Shown: positions 11,202 through 22,076 of the stretch, one piece after another | Position numbering within the stretch: position 1 is the first letter of the stretch | Layout of the letters: each line of letters begins with the position of its first letter | DNA from: Nitrospirota bacterium | GTDB taxonomy: Bacteria > Nitrospirota > UBA9217 | DNA: 64,000 nt | Direction: 5' to 3' | Assembly (NCBI GenBank): GCA_963845065.1 | Contig: CAWJQQ010000001.1 | Location: forward strand, 288,001-352,000 | Made by a program: the position numbers and the translations under genes | Notes under the pieces: generated by a model | The model's database searches: none | Seen by the model: the letters and a program-made list of their open reading frames with translations, nothing else | Told to the model about the DNA's origin: nothing

Positions 11202-11843
11202 ATGGCTAATATCGGGAATAACATATTGTATACTATGTCAGGATTTACTCTCCTTATAGGTATCGTAGAGTGTTTTTTTGGATATAGAATGTTAAAAATA
11301 ATACTAGGCATCACTGGCTTTATTGTCATTGGTTGGCTGTGTGCAGGGTTCGTCAATGAAATCTTAGGAAACCATCCTGTGATTGCGTTAATAGCAGGAT
11401 TAGTTGGCGGAGTGATCGGTAGCGTTATGATGATTGGTTTTTTTGTTTTTGGAGTGTTTATCTTAGGCGCAATTCTCGGATTAATAATAGGTCAAGATAT
11501 CAGTACAATTTTTTTGGGGGCGGTCAATCCCCTTATTGTAATTCCACTTGTCATTATTGGAGGTATTGCAGCGATAATCATGTACAAAAGCATGATTATC
11601 ATTTCGACCTCTTTTATAGGTGCTTACTTAATTGTATTTTCTATTGGGAAGTTTATAGGAATGCAGAACACTATATTCAGATTCCACTATTTTAATGTAT
11701 TACGGGAAACTGGCGGTCAATTCCTTATTATGTTATTGTTTTGTACTCTCGTAGGGGTTGCTGGAATAATCGTTCAGAATAAATATACGGCGACATCAGC
11801 CGGACCGGGACAGTATGAAGAAAGCAAGGGGCGAGAGATATAA
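11202..11843 (+). CDS. DUF4203 (TMEM198/TM7SF3-like) membrane protein
   Basis: CFFGYRMLK..LGITGF and IISTSFIGA motifs, Gly-rich TM helices. Confidence 0.75.
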   Translation: MANIGNNILYTMSGFTLLIGIVECFFGYRMLKIILGITGFIVIGWLCAGFVNEILGNHPVIALIAGLVGGVIGSVMMIGFFVFGVFILGAILGLIIGQDISTIFLGAVNPLIVIPLVIIGGIAAIIMYKSMIIISTSFIGAYLIVFSIGKFIGMQNTIFRFHYFNVLRETGGQFLIMLLFCTLVGVAGIIVQNKYTATSAGPGQYEESKGREI

Positions 11844-12232
11844 CCTCTTATCGTTATCACTTTTCTCATTTGGTTTTGAGTCCAAAATTGTATAGTTGAA
11901 TGTATACCTGACAAGGGAGAGCAGGGGATAATAGCGTTAAATATACTATTTCCATTTAAGGTGGTTATCCAACAATATCAAATACAGGACACTAAGAGCG
12001 AATAACTCAATAGGAGTTTAAGCGCCTTCACAGAGCAGTGGTCGCTGGTTCTAAGTGTCTTGATACTGTCCTGTAAAAGAAAAAGGCATTTTCACATGCT
12101 TTAAGTCTATGTTTTGCTGAGTCTAAAAAAAGGGATATTTCACACATTCGGGCGCCCTACCTTAAGGTTATTTACAACGGTATGCACCTTTTATTTACAA
12201 AGACATGTGCATATTACGGCGGATGTACTTGC

Positions 12233-12397
12233 CAGCGTGCCGGTTGAATCCTTCCGCATTACGATCACATTTCAGCCAGCGTTCTGGATAACTTCCACAC
12301 TGCAATTTCTTAAAAAGTACCTATCATGCGGAAGTACAGACTTCAAGCCGAAAATTAGTATCGTGCTGAGCAGATAGATATCATCACATACACCTAC
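12233..12397 (+). repeat. Diverged intergenic repeat, paired with 38173-38336
   Basis: Shared GTTGAATCCTT.CGC.TTACGATCA, AGTACAGACTTCAA.CCG.AAATTAGTATCGTGCTG and ATAGATATCATCAC. Ends in CACCTAC (12391). Confidence 0.75.
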
Positions 12398-12624
12398 GAG
12401 TATGTACCTTCCACTATTCGAGTCTATTAACAACTACCAGTTGAAACATGTTAACAACGAATCTCGATCTGCGGTGATAATTCCGCGAGTTCATTCGGAC
12501 CACAACGTCCCAAATGTGTCCCTAACCTGAGCCATTTCAAAATGAAAACATTTGAGAAATTGAGAGTTTTGGAATTAATTGGCTTGCTTGAATTTCTGTG
12601 TCCATCTGTGTTAGACTCCTTTCC

Positions 12625-13860
12625 ATGATTACCGCGCTCATCATCTTCTTCGTCACCTACATATTCATCGGGCTGCGCCAGATACCGCGACTCCGCATCG
12701 ATCGCCCTGCTGGAGCTCTCGTGGGTGCTGTGCTCATGGTCGTGACTGGCGTGCTCACCCTCGATCAGGCATTTGCCGCGATCGACATGCACATCCTGCT
12801 TCTCCTGCTCGGTATGATGATCATCACGGTGTATCTTAGGACAGCCGGTTTCTTCGAGCTTATGGCCGACAAGATCCTTTCGCTTTCCGCCACGCCGCTT
12901 CAGCTTCTTATCTTCGTAATCCTCTCCTCTGGGCTGCTCTCTGCTTTGTTCGTGAACGACACCATCTGCCTTCTCTATACTCCGATCATCCTTGAGATCA
13001 CAGCGCAGCTCGGCGTAAACTCTATGCCGTATCTGATTGCGCTCGCAACGTCATCGAACATCGGGAGCGTCATGACCGTCACCGGCAATCCACAGAACAT
13101 GTTGATAGGCATCTATTCGAAAATTCCTTATCTCTCATTCATCGGAGCACTGTTCCCAGTCGCGCTTGCAGGGTTTGTAGTTTGCTTCGGCGTCATCTGG
13201 TTTCTCTACAGGAAAGAAATAACGACTCAGGCGTTTTCTTCACGTCCCACGATACCACAGTATCACGTGAGAAAGGCACTGCTCGTGAAATCGCTCCTTG
13301 TCTGCGCGGCCATGCTTGTTTCTTTTTCACTCGGACAACCTTATTCCCTCATGGCAGCGGCAGGTGCTGCGACGCTCTTGCTCATTGGAAGGGTGCGCAC
13401 AGAAAAAATACTAAAAGGCGTAGACTGGACGCTCCTCGCGTTTTTCGCCAGCCTGTTTGTCGTGATGCGCGGCGTGGAGGAGTCGGGAGTTGCCGATGCG
13501 GCGATCAAATGGATCGGAGATCTGTCAGCACTCCCGCCCACGGGCCGAATCGCGGGCCTGTCGCTTGTCTCGGTGTTCCTATCGAATATCGTGAGCAACG
13601 TTCCTGCAGTGGTGCTGCTCAAGCCGCTGATGCTCTCGCTCGGCGGAAGTCACATTCTCTGGCTTGCGCTTGCCATGAGCAGCACTCTGGCCGGAAATTT
13701 AACACTCATTGGTTCTGTCGCGAACCTGATCGTGGTGCAGGAGGCGCGGAAAAATGCCGAGATAGGTTTTATGGAATATTTCCGTGCAGGCGCGATCATA
13801 ACGATCATTACCGTCATAATCGGAATACTGGTTCTCACACTCCGCATCGATTCTTATTGA
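12625..13860 (+). CDS. Anion transporter (ArsB/NhaD/CitMHS superfamily)
   Basis: Motifs IDRPAGALVGA, LSALFVNDTICL, NIGSVMTVTGNPQN, SNVPAV, STLAGNLTLIGSVANLIV. Confidence 0.88.
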   Translation: MITALIIFFVTYIFIGLRQIPRLRIDRPAGALVGAVLMVVTGVLTLDQAFAAIDMHILLLLLGMMIITVYLRTAGFFELMADKILSLSATPLQLLIFVILSSGLLSALFVNDTICLLYTPIILEITAQLGVNSMPYLIALATSSNIGSVMTVTGNPQNMLIGIYSKIPYLSFIGALFPVALAGFVVCFGVIWFLYRKEITTQAFSSRPTIPQYHVRKALLVKSLLVCAAMLVSFSLGQPYSLMAAAGAATLLLIGRVRTEKILKGVDWTLLAFFASLFVVMRGVEESGVADAAIKWIGDLSALPPTGRIAGLSLVSVFLSNIVSNVPAVVLLKPLMLSLGGSHILWLALAMSSTLAGNLTLIGSVANLIVVQEARKNAEIGFMEYFRAGAIITIITVIIGILVLTLRIDSY

Positions 13861-13933
13861 CCTCACTGCAGCAATGTCTTCGTCCTGATCGCTATGGCGA
13901 GACCGATGCCCGTCGACTTCGAACACATTCTCT

Positions 13934-14098
13934 AGGTATTTTTAGGGAATAGGATTATAAATTTAAGATCGTATTATGCAATTTCGATAAGTCGAAACTG
14001 CCACGGGATACAGGGTGGACAATTTACTAAAAGTTATGATCGACATTCTTCATATCAATCAATTTAAAACCTCTGTGAACTGCACCTACAGGCTTGCA
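13934..14098 (+). repeat. Two-box intergenic element, copy A (72-bp spacing)
   Basis: GGTATT 13935, CAGGGTG 14011, CACCTACAGGCTTGCA 14083. Confidence 0.75.
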
Positions 14099-14144
14099 GC
14101 GGTGTTGAATAAAATTCAATGCAAAATGCAACGTGAACAGTGCA

Positions 14145-14200
14145 TATGAACACCCTGGATCCCCGTCGCAGTTAGCGTCCGGTGAATCCATTTGTTAGAC
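14145..14200 (-). other. Integron attC-like site downstream of the acetyltransferase cassette
   Basis: Minus strand GTCTAAC-AAATGGATTCACCGGACGC...GACGGGGATCCAGGGT-GTTCATA: R'', paired L boxes and a degenerate R'. Confidence 0.7.
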
Positions 14201-14214
14201 GATGTTCTATTATT

Positions 14215-14800
14215 GCATATTCAGAGTTGTTTCACGATTTTTGCAGGAACTCCCGCTACTAAACAATTTGGCGGAACATCTTTTGTAACCACTGCTCCTG
14301 CTGCCACAACTGAATTTTCACCGATAGCAATACATGGCATTATGTAGCAGCTATTCCAGTCCAAGCATTTTTCTTAATAACAATTGGTTTAAATGTGATA
14401 TAACTTCTTCTCTGGGAAGGGTCTGACGGATAACCACCAGTAACAAGATTAACTTTTGGAGCAATCAATACATCATCTTCCACTATAATACCGCCTATGT
14501 CTATAAATGTGCAAGCGCAATTGACAAAAACAATTTTTACCTATTTGGATATTATGCCCGAAATTCGTGTAAAATGAAGGAATAATTTTAAAGCCGTCAC
14601 CAACCTTTTCCCCAATTAGCTTACTGAAAACAACTCGAATTTGTTTGAAATCATCAGTAACCAATGAATTCAGTTTCACAGTTATACGCATTGCATTTTT
14701 AATTTGTTTGAAGAGTTCGGGGAATTCTGGGTCATTTACACTTATTACTCCGCCTGATAAATCCCGTTCAGAAATATTTGTTGACTTTTTTTTATGTCCT
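14215..14800 (-). pseudogene. Hexapeptide-repeat sugar O-acetyltransferase, frameshifted
   Basis: FYTNFGHNIQIGKN and [28 protein letters not shown] lie in different frames. Ends are approximate. Confidence 0.8.
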
Positions 14801-15091
14801 TCTCCGTTTTAAATCTCTACTTAATGGTAGTCCAGTGTATTAGCCGAAGCTTGAAAATAAAATATCGTCTAACCAGTAATTGTCTCGTTAGGACTAAGTC
14901 GTAAAGAACGAATTTTCGGTATTATAGGAAAGAGATTTTATAATGTTCAGGATTGCGGAGCAAGGTAAGGAATATTGGACCGAAAGAGAGCGAGCGGGTA
15001 TGTAGCGCAAGAGCAATGCAGAAGATGTTGTCACCGCGTAGCGGTTTAGTTCAACAGGAAGAATTATTTATAAATTAGAACCGATTGCAAG

Positions 15092-15430
15092 TCAGGCAGA
15101 TTTCGAAGGTCTTAGGGGATCAGGCGCTATCGGAGACGGACCCCAAACTTGAGACTTCATATTGAGCACAAATGACTTTTTCAGTTCCTCTATGAGTGTT
15201 GTCCATTCCTTTTTAATTTCAAACCTGTTCCAGTCTGCCACGGTCTCCCAATTTAGCTCAATCAATACTTCTGGAGACCCCGACATACTTCGCTTAGCAC
15301 GTATCTCAATAATGCCTTGTTGCTGAAATATGAGAACAATTGCTTTTTTTAAAAACTGGAAATAAGCATCTTGGTCAATATTAGGCAATAAATCATACGT
15401 AAGAGCAACTTCGATCATAGTACTCTCCAC
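15092..15430 (-). CDS. Hypothetical protein, ABM/dimeric alpha-beta barrel-like
   Basis: LTYDLLPNIDQDAY, WETVADW and WGPSPIAPDPLRP pattern. Confidence 0.6.
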   Translation of the reverse strand: MESTMIEVALTYDLLPNIDQDAYFQFLKKAIVLIFQQQGIIEIRAKRSMSGSPEVLIELNWETVADWNRFEIKKEWTTLIEELKKSFVLNMKSQVWGPSPIAPDPLRPSKSA

Positions 15431-15606
15431 TTCCCATTCTCACGGGCTATAACTTATTGGTACTCATTTACCAAAGCCGGATTTGCGATGTTGCCTAATT
15501 TAGCAATGAATATGTCTGACTAAACGCGGATTTCACATAAAATATACCTGACTCACAACGATGTCAACGAGAATAAGTTTTATTGATATCGAAGAGGTAT
15601 AGCGAT

Positions 15607-15830
15607 GGGGTATTTCATGGGTAGGTGAGGTAGCAACTTCTACATGAAAAGTGCATCTCGATTGATTAGGTCGGATGTGCAGTGTTCAGGATGACGAGTT
15701 GATCGAAAACTTCATATGGTATTCGTCAAGAGTCTCGTGAGCATTGCGCTCCCAATTCCACCTACAATCTTGCGGTCGTGTTGACTAACTTTCAATGCAG
15801 GATACAACTTGGAACTTGAATAATCGGGCT
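15607..15830 (+). repeat. Two-box intergenic element, copy D (72-bp spacing)
   Basis: GGTATT 15609, CAGGATG 15687, CACCTACAATCTTGCG 15759. Downstream ATACAACTTGGAA is shared with copy C. Confidence 0.75.
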
Positions 15831-15923
15831 CAGTAGCAATACGGGGTGCAGCTACGCAACAAAAGGAAGGTTATATTTACATTCCAATAAGATTTTTATT
15901 ACGTGCAAGAAGCATCTTGTGTT

Positions 15924-18830
15924 CTACTTGTCCAGCGCTTCTCGAATCTTTATCAAAAGATCTGCCGGGGAAACTGGTTTAAATACGAATCCTGCTTCCT
16001 CGTCCGAAACACCGCCTTTATTAAAGATATCCTCAGCGTAACCACTCATAAAGATGCACTTGATGTCCGGGACTATTTTTTTAATCTCTCTAAGCACTTC
16101 TTTACCGTTCATCTTGGGCATGATGCCATCGAGGAGAACAAGTCTTATGTTGTCTTTCTTCTCTTTGAACCTCGAAACAGCGTCTGCACCGTTGACCGCA
16201 TCAATAACGGTATAGCCGGCTTCCGTTAAAATGGTCACGGTCAACTTCCGGATTGCTGCATCGTCTTCAGCCACTAAGATGGTCTCCGTCCCGCCCCGGG
16301 CGATGGAACCTTGCCCTTTTATCTTATTAACACTCATAGCCGTGTTTACTCGAGGTAAGTATATCTCCAGGGTCGTCCCTTTCTCGAGTTCGCTATACAC
16401 GTTGATATACCCATTGTGCTGCTTGACAGTCCCGTACGCCATCGACAAGCCCAGTCCCGTGCCCTTGCCTTGCTCCTTCGTGGTAAAAAACGGCTCGAAA
16501 ATCCGAAAGCGGGTCTTTTCATCCATGCCGATTCCAGTATCGGTCACTAAGACAAGAGCATATTTACCCGTTTCACCGAATCCGTGAGTTTCAATGAACT
16601 CTCGATCAATGTGGGCCTCTCTTGTTTCGATGAGCAGTTTCCCGCCGTGCGGCATGGCGTCCCTGGCGTTGGTGACTAGGTTCATGATCACTTGCTCGAT
16701 CTGCCCCCTGTCCGCCATGACGGGGAGAACGCCCTCGGCGCATACGGTTTCCAGGACAATATCCTCTCTGATCAACCGGTGGATAAACTTCTCGAATTCC
16801 TTGACTACAATATTCAGATCGATCACGGCCAGGTTGATGGGTTGTCTCCTACTGAAGGCGAGAAGACTCTGCGTAAGCACGGCAGCCCTGTTGGACGATT
16901 CCAGGATCTGTTCAAGGTTGAGCCGAACCGGGTCGTTTGACGGTAACTTCATCAGCGAGAGGTGGGTGTAACCGATGATTGCCGTGAGGATGTTGTTGAA
17001 GTCGTGTGCCACACCACCGGCAAGCAGACCGATTGCCTCCATCTTCTGCGCTTGCTGGAGTTGCTCTTCCAGTTTCCTCCGCTCTGTGATGTCAAGAATC
17101 ATGGCAAAGGAACCGAGAAAATGATGCTCGGCATCAATGATCGGCGTTGCCGAAACAATTGTCTGCACAACATGTCCGTCTTTGCGCTGCCACCGACGCT
17201 CGAAGTGCTCCGCAATACCTTGGCGCCTCTTCTCCATCTTCAGTGCATAATCGGGCAGGTCCTCTTTAAACAAAAAAGATTCTAATTTTCGACCGAACAT
17301 TTCATTGACCTCATATCCAAACATCTCAGCCATTTGTGCGTTAACAAAGGTAGTTTTGTCAGCTTCATCCATAACCCAAATGCCTTCATTGGCTGTGTCG
17401 ACTATCAGGCGATATCTCTCCTGGCTCTGCCTTAACGCTTTCTCCGCAAATTTACGCTCGGTGATATCGACGTTCGTCCCATAGACGCGGACGGCTTGGC
17501 CCGATTCGTCGCGCACTACTGTGGCGAGGCCGAAGAGCACATGGACACTACCGTCGGGCCAGACCACCCGGAACTCGATATCGCGTGGCCCTCCTTCGGC
17601 GAGGAGTTGCGCATGTCGTTCCATCACAAACGTTCGGTCGTCGGGATGCACCGCGTCGGCGTAGTCCTCGAAACGCGTGCCCTTGCTGCTATCGTCGCCG
17701 AAAAAAATACGGGCGTTCTCCTCGCTGTTGAAAATCTCTCCTGTGAGCAGATTATGTTCCCAACTCCCAGTGTGGCCTAGTTCTTCAGCCTTTCGCAGGA
17801 CTCGTTCGCTCCTGCGCAACTCATCCTCGACCCGTTTTTGTTCGGTTATGTCGCGTAATGTGCAAAAAGTTGATAAGACTTCTCCCGTCCGGGATATTCG
17901 TGGTACGCTCAACCCGTCCAAGTAAATGATTTTCCCATCTTTTGTTCTCCAACGCTCCTCATACTTTCGCGACCGCCCCTCAAATAAATCCTTTATCACC
18001 TCACGGATAATGGGCTGGTTTTCCGGGACGATTAGGTGTTGAAAGATGTTCATCTTACGCAGGTCGGACTGCGGGTAGCCTGTCAGCAGTTCTGCACGGG
18101 GGTTGATGTCTAAGATGTTGCCCTCCTTGTCCGAAAATAAAATAATATCGTAGGATGATTGAAACAATTGGCGGTACTTTGTTTCGCTCTCCTTCAGCTT
18201 GTCTTGATTTATCAGAAGTTCAGCTTTCACCTTTTCGAAGTAGATCAGCAGCATACCGATTGCCGCCATAACCGCAAAAGACTCGCCGAGCGAGTACCCC
18301 CAAGGTGCAAACCACGTAACTTGTCTCAAAAGGGGATAGTCTCCTTTATGTATGCCCCATATAATAAAGGTCCAGCCAACAAAGTACTTTCCGAAGCCCT
18401 GAAGGTTTTGAGTGCGAAGAAAGGCAATGCCAGTCCATATATATATGAACGCCAAGAAGGTAAAGGCTGGAAAGGTCAGTGAAAAAAAACTGAAATTTCC
18501 CCAGATGGCGATGGGAATCCACAATGCAAGCAGGGACGTGCTCAATAGCCAAACCTTCGACATGTCGCGGCCTAGAAACATTGAAACACCCCAAACAAGA
18601 AGCGGTCCACCGAGAAGGTTGAATTCGTAATACCCGAGATCAAACACATTATTTTTGCCAAAAAGAAACACCAGGATAAGGAAGCAGAACCTGATGGAAT
18701 ATAGGGCCCAGCTTGCGCACCAAATAACAAGATATCGTTGGCGGTCCTGTATGTATAAGTAGAAATAAACCAAGGACAGCAACAAGGTGCCTGTCAAAGA
18801 AGCAACTGCTGCCGGCATCAACCAGTTCAT
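15924..18830 (-). CDS. Hybrid sensor histidine kinase (7TM, 3 PAS, HisKA, HATPase, REC)
   Basis: H-box GGVAHDFNNIL, NLVTNARDAM, FEPFFTTK..GKGTGLGL, and receiver ILVAEDD...LLDGIMPKMNG. Confidence 0.92.
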   Translation of the reverse strand: MNWLMPAAVASLTGTLLLSLVYFYLYIQDRQRYLVIWCASWALYSIRFCFLILVFLFGKNNVFDLGYYEFNLLGGPLLVWGVSMFLGRDMSKVWLLSTSLLALWIPIAIWGNFSFFSLTFPAFTFLAFIYIWTGIAFLRTQNLQGFGKYFVGWTFIIWGIHKGDYPLLRQVTWFAPWGYSLGESFAVMAAIGMLLIYFEKVKAELLINQDKLKESETKYRQLFQSSYDIILFSDKEGNILDINPRAELLTGYPQSDLRKMNIFQHLIVPENQPIIREVIKDLFEGRSRKYEERWRTKDGKIIYLDGLSVPRISRTGEVLSTFCTLRDITEQKRVEDELRRSERVLRKAEELGHTGSWEHNLLTGEIFNSEENARIFFGDDSSKGTRFEDYADAVHPDDRTFVMERHAQLLAEGGPRDIEFRVVWPDGSVHVLFGLATVVRDESGQAVRVYGTNVDITERKFAEKALRQSQERYRLIVDTANEGIWVMDEADKTTFVNAQMAEMFGYEVNEMFGRKLESFLFKEDLPDYALKMEKRRQGIAEHFERRWQRKDGHVVQTIVSATPIIDAEHHFLGSFAMILDITERRKLEEQLQQAQKMEAIGLLAGGVAHDFNNILTAIIGYTHLSLMKLPSNDPVRLNLEQILESSNRAAVLTQSLLAFSRRQPINLAVIDLNIVVKEFEKFIHRLIREDIVLETVCAEGVLPVMADRGQIEQVIMNLVTNARDAMPHGGKLLIETREAHIDREFIETHGFGETGKYALVLVTDTGIGMDEKTRFRIFEPFFTTKEQGKGTGLGLSMAYGTVKQHNGYINVYSELEKGTTLEIYLPRVNTAMSVNKIKGQGSIARGGTETILVAEDDAAIRKLTVTILTEAGYTVIDAVNGADAVSRFKEKKDNIRLVLLDGIMPKMNGKEVLREIKKIVPDIKCIFMSGYAEDIFNKGGVSDEEAGFVFKPVSPADLLIKIREALDK

Positions 18831-18890
18831 AAGTTCATCCTTTTGTCATTGCTTCGTCTCAGGAAGCGTGAAGCGTAATTGTTGGCCAGA

Positions 18891-19286
18891 TTATGCGCGG
18901 GACGGCCTTACCATCGTATTAAGCAGATGCTCGAGTACGGCGGTTGGGTTCTTGCAATACCCGGTGTGCACTTGCGATGTTTGAATAATGGTACTTCGAG
19001 GTGCAACGAGCCAATGAAAACGCTCCCGCTGAGATAGTTGGCCAATCGGACCCCCCTGATCTCCACCAGCGCAAATAGCGGGAATCGTCGCCAGATGGGC
19101 CCGGATTGTTTCGACATCCACTGTCGAATCAAGTGCCTTAAGCCGCTGTTCATCCAGTTCAATGCCGGCCTCAAGAAATTCTTTGGACTGGCACCAGATT
19201 ATCACTCCAACATTGACGAACTCTTCACGCTCGACCTTGGGAACGAGGCGAATTATGGCATAATCATACGTACAGTGATCGCGCAC
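18891..19286 (-). CDS. DUF3037 domain protein
   Basis: YDYAIIRLVPKVEREEFVNVGVI and ERFHWLVAPRSTIIQTS..HTG. Confidence 0.85.
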   Translation of the reverse strand: MRDHCTYDYAIIRLVPKVEREEFVNVGVIIWCQSKEFLEAGIELDEQRLKALDSTVDVETIRAHLATIPAICAGGDQGGPIGQLSQRERFHWLVAPRSTIIQTSQVHTGYCKNPTAVLEHLLNTMVRPSRA

Positions 19287-20046
19287 GGATCGCCTCCTCC
19301 AGGAAAACATGCGGTTGCTCTAGCCGGTTCATGAGATACTCTAAGTAAGCGTCCCGGTGTCGGTTGCTGTCGCCGAAAACTGTGTCCCCGACCAGCCAAG
19401 CATCAGGAATAAGCTTAACTATGCTTTTAATGACATCCTGCGTTAGCCGCACGGCTATCTTCGAGTCCACCTCCCGAAGCGAGTTTGCAAACGGGAGTAG
19501 GACGTGGTCTTTTATCAGAAGGAAAGGGTCTCGGCTGGATTTCAGGTAGTCGGTCCATGTATGATGGAAGTTGAGGGCCGCCCCGTGATCAATGAGCCAG
19601 GCTCGCCGGTGCCACATAAGCATGTTCGTGTTGCGAGGAGTACGGTCGACGTTTGACATGTAAGCGTCAAACCAGACTATTGAGGAAGCGAGATCCGCGT
19701 CGAGCTTCTCTGCAACCGGGTCAAACGTAACAGCGCCGGATAGGTAGTCAAGCGCGAGATTGAGGCCAGTGCTCGCTTTTATTAGGCTTTGTATTTCCGG
19801 GTCGCGTTCGGTGCGGGCGAGATCAATGTCAATCTTAACGAAGACGATCTCAGGCACCAACAGTCCTGCTGCGCGGGCGATCTCTCCCGCCACTAACTCA
19901 GCGATCAGAGCTTTCGGTCCCTGGCCAGCGCCGTGGAATTTGAGCACATACATCCCATCATCATCGGCTTCGACTATTGCTGGAAGTGATCCACCTTCTC
20001 GCAAGGGAGTTACATACCTCGTGGCACTTACTGTTCTCAATCTCAT
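19264..20046 (-). CDS. HipA-like kinase
   Basis: YVTPLREGGSLPA, VLKFHGAGQG, NVDRTPRNTN, WLIDHGA. Overlaps DUF3037, its usual partner. Confidence 0.85.
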   Translation of the reverse strand: MRLRTVSATRYVTPLREGGSLPAIVEADDDGMYVLKFHGAGQGPKALIAELVAGEIARAAGLLVPEIVFVKIDIDLARTERDPEIQSLIKASTGLNLALDYLSGAVTFDPVAEKLDADLASSIVWFDAYMSNVDRTPRNTNMLMWHRRAWLIDHGAALNFHHTWTDYLKSSRDPFLLIKDHVLLPFANSLREVDSKIAVRLTQDVIKSIVKLIPDAWLVGDTVFGDSNRHRDAYLEYLMNRLEQPHVFLEEAIRARSLYV

Positions 20047-20167
20047 CGTCTGTTAAGTCCGCTGTTATAATTGCCGCCCCTTGAGAGTCATTTACTCTGC
20101 GGCGGCCACTCCGCATATCTTACTAAAAAGTATAGTCGAATTTAGCATCAAGATAAAGCATAAAGAC

Positions 20168-20356
20168 GGGTATTTTTTAGTTAGATGTTACCGAATTCAG
20201 ATTGTAAATTGATGAGTTTTAAAGAATGACAAGTTCAACATCTTCAGGATGTCGTTTTTGAGAGAAAACTTTATCACAAAATGCAATGATTCAAAATGAA
20301 TTTTACACCGTTGCTAATATTATATGAATATTTTATTCACCTACACGCTTGGAATG
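20168..20356 (+). repeat. Two-box intergenic element, copy I (93-bp spacing)
   Basis: GGTATT 20169, AATTCAG 20194, CAGGATG 20245, CACCTACACGCTTGGA 20338. Confidence 0.75.
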
Positions 20357-20623
20357 GCGACCTGTAAAGAGGAGATACATACTACCGGTTATATCAATGC
20401 ATATTTCTGGAGGTTAGGATAATATTAAAATTTCCAAGACCTGCAATCGTCAATTGCTTCAGCATGTAATCAACAGAGGAAATTCAGAAATCAACCTTGT
20501 ATATTAAATTAGCAATATCCTTTAATAATTGATATCAAACACAAAATCCGAATACCCATAAAAAAAATAGAAATAACTGTTCATGTTCGATATAATTTAG
20601 TTACCAAAACGAGGAAAGCCTCC

Positions 20624-21739
20624 ATGAACGAATCGACCCCCCGCAGCTATCTCAAGCCCAGCATCAACTGGCTGGCAATTTTCATCCCTATCGCCTTCCT
20701 CATGGGGTATGTCCCGGCCCTGCACAATGAGTTGTGGCTGTTCATAGTGGCCTCTCTGGCAATGGTGGTCTGTTCAGCCTGGATCGGCAATGCCACCGAC
20801 AGACTGGACGATGTAGTGGGACCCACGTGGAGTGGCATGATGAATGCTGCGTTCAGCAATCTGCCGGAACTTATCTTTGGCCTCATCGCGATTTCCAAGG
20901 GGCTCGGCGAGTTGGCGAAGGCCGCCTGGGTCGGAGCCATCATCGGCAACGTGCTGATCGTCATTGGCGCGGCGATGCTGGTGGCAGGCCTCAAGTACGG
21001 CACCGTGAAATTTCCAGCACAACCCGCAAACGATGCCTGCAACAACCTGATCCTAGCGTCGCTCGCTATGTTCCTGCCGAGCCTGTATATCGGCGCCCTC
21101 GGCCACTCGACTAAATCCAGTGCAAACTCTGCCGGGCAGATTTCGCTATGCGTGGCAGCCTTGCTGCTGCTAATGTACATCGCGTCTTTGATATTTACGT
21201 TCACCCGGTCCCGGTCCTACGTCGCCCGCCATCCGTTTGAGGCGAAACCGGACAAGGCTGCTTCGAAATATGGCCCAGAAACGCTAGCAGCTATAGGCGT
21301 TCTGGCCCTGTCCAGCGTGTTGATTGCCTTCCTCTCGGATTTCGTGGCTGAGTCGGTGGATACGGTGAAATCCGCCTGCGGCCTGTCCGAGCTGTTCATC
21401 GGTATCGTCGTAATCGGAACCATTGGTAACGTCGCGGCCATATGGAGCGCAATCCAAGCGGCACTCAAGAACAAGATGGAACTTGCTTATGAGATTGGAA
21501 TGAGCGCGGGTACCCAGATCATCCTGATGGTGGTGCCAGTGCTGGTGTTCGCGTCCCGGCTGTTCGGTCATCCGGTGGACCTTTACTTCAGCAACGCTGA
21601 ACTGGTGGCACTGTTCGGCTGCGCGGTCCTGGTGAGCCGGACGTCCAGCGACGGGGAAACCAACTGGCTCAACGGCCTCCAGATGTTGATCCTATATGCC
21701 CTGATTGGCGCGCTGTTCTTCTTCCTGCCGGGAAGCTGA
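20624..21739 (+). CDS. cax: Ca2+/H+ antiporter (CaCA/CAX family)
   Basis: Alpha repeats NAAFSNLPEL and GTIGNVAA. Also ALKNKMEL and DGETNWLNGLQML. Confidence 0.85.
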   Translation: MNESTPRSYLKPSINWLAIFIPIAFLMGYVPALHNELWLFIVASLAMVVCSAWIGNATDRLDDVVGPTWSGMMNAAFSNLPELIFGLIAISKGLGELAKAAWVGAIIGNVLIVIGAAMLVAGLKYGTVKFPAQPANDACNNLILASLAMFLPSLYIGALGHSTKSSANSAGQISLCVAALLLLMYIASLIFTFTRSRSYVARHPFEAKPDKAASKYGPETLAAIGVLALSSVLIAFLSDFVAESVDTVKSACGLSELFIGIVVIGTIGNVAAIWSAIQAALKNKMELAYEIGMSAGTQIILMVVPVLVFASRLFGHPVDLYFSNAELVALFGCAVLVSRTSSDGETNWLNGLQMLILYALIGALFFFLPGS

Positions 21740-21847
21740 TTAGCGATGCCTGAGGAGGACGTTCGTCTGAAATAGAGCCAAGTCATACCGCCGAGTAGAC
21801 CAGCCTCGTGATAGTGTGAAAGCAGAGGGACAATTAATAATTCAATT

Positions 21848-22009
21848 AGGTATTATTGGGGTAGTTAACAAATTCAGATTGACACATTATGTATTGCAAT
21901 GAATGGCAACATCAACAACTCCAGGATGAGCATATGATTAAAAGTTACGATTGATATTTTTCACTTCAATCAAAACAAAATCACTGTGAAGTGCACCTAC
22001 AAGGTTGCA
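21848..22009 (+). repeat. Two-box intergenic element, copy B (72-bp spacing)
   Basis: GGTATT 21849, AATTCAG 21871, CAGGATG 21922, CACCTACAAGGTTGCA 21994. Confidence 0.78.
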
Positions 22010-22076
22010 ACGGCGACCGATAAATGGGAGGTGCAGAATATTGGTAGAAACTTACACATAAACGAGGTGTTGCAAT

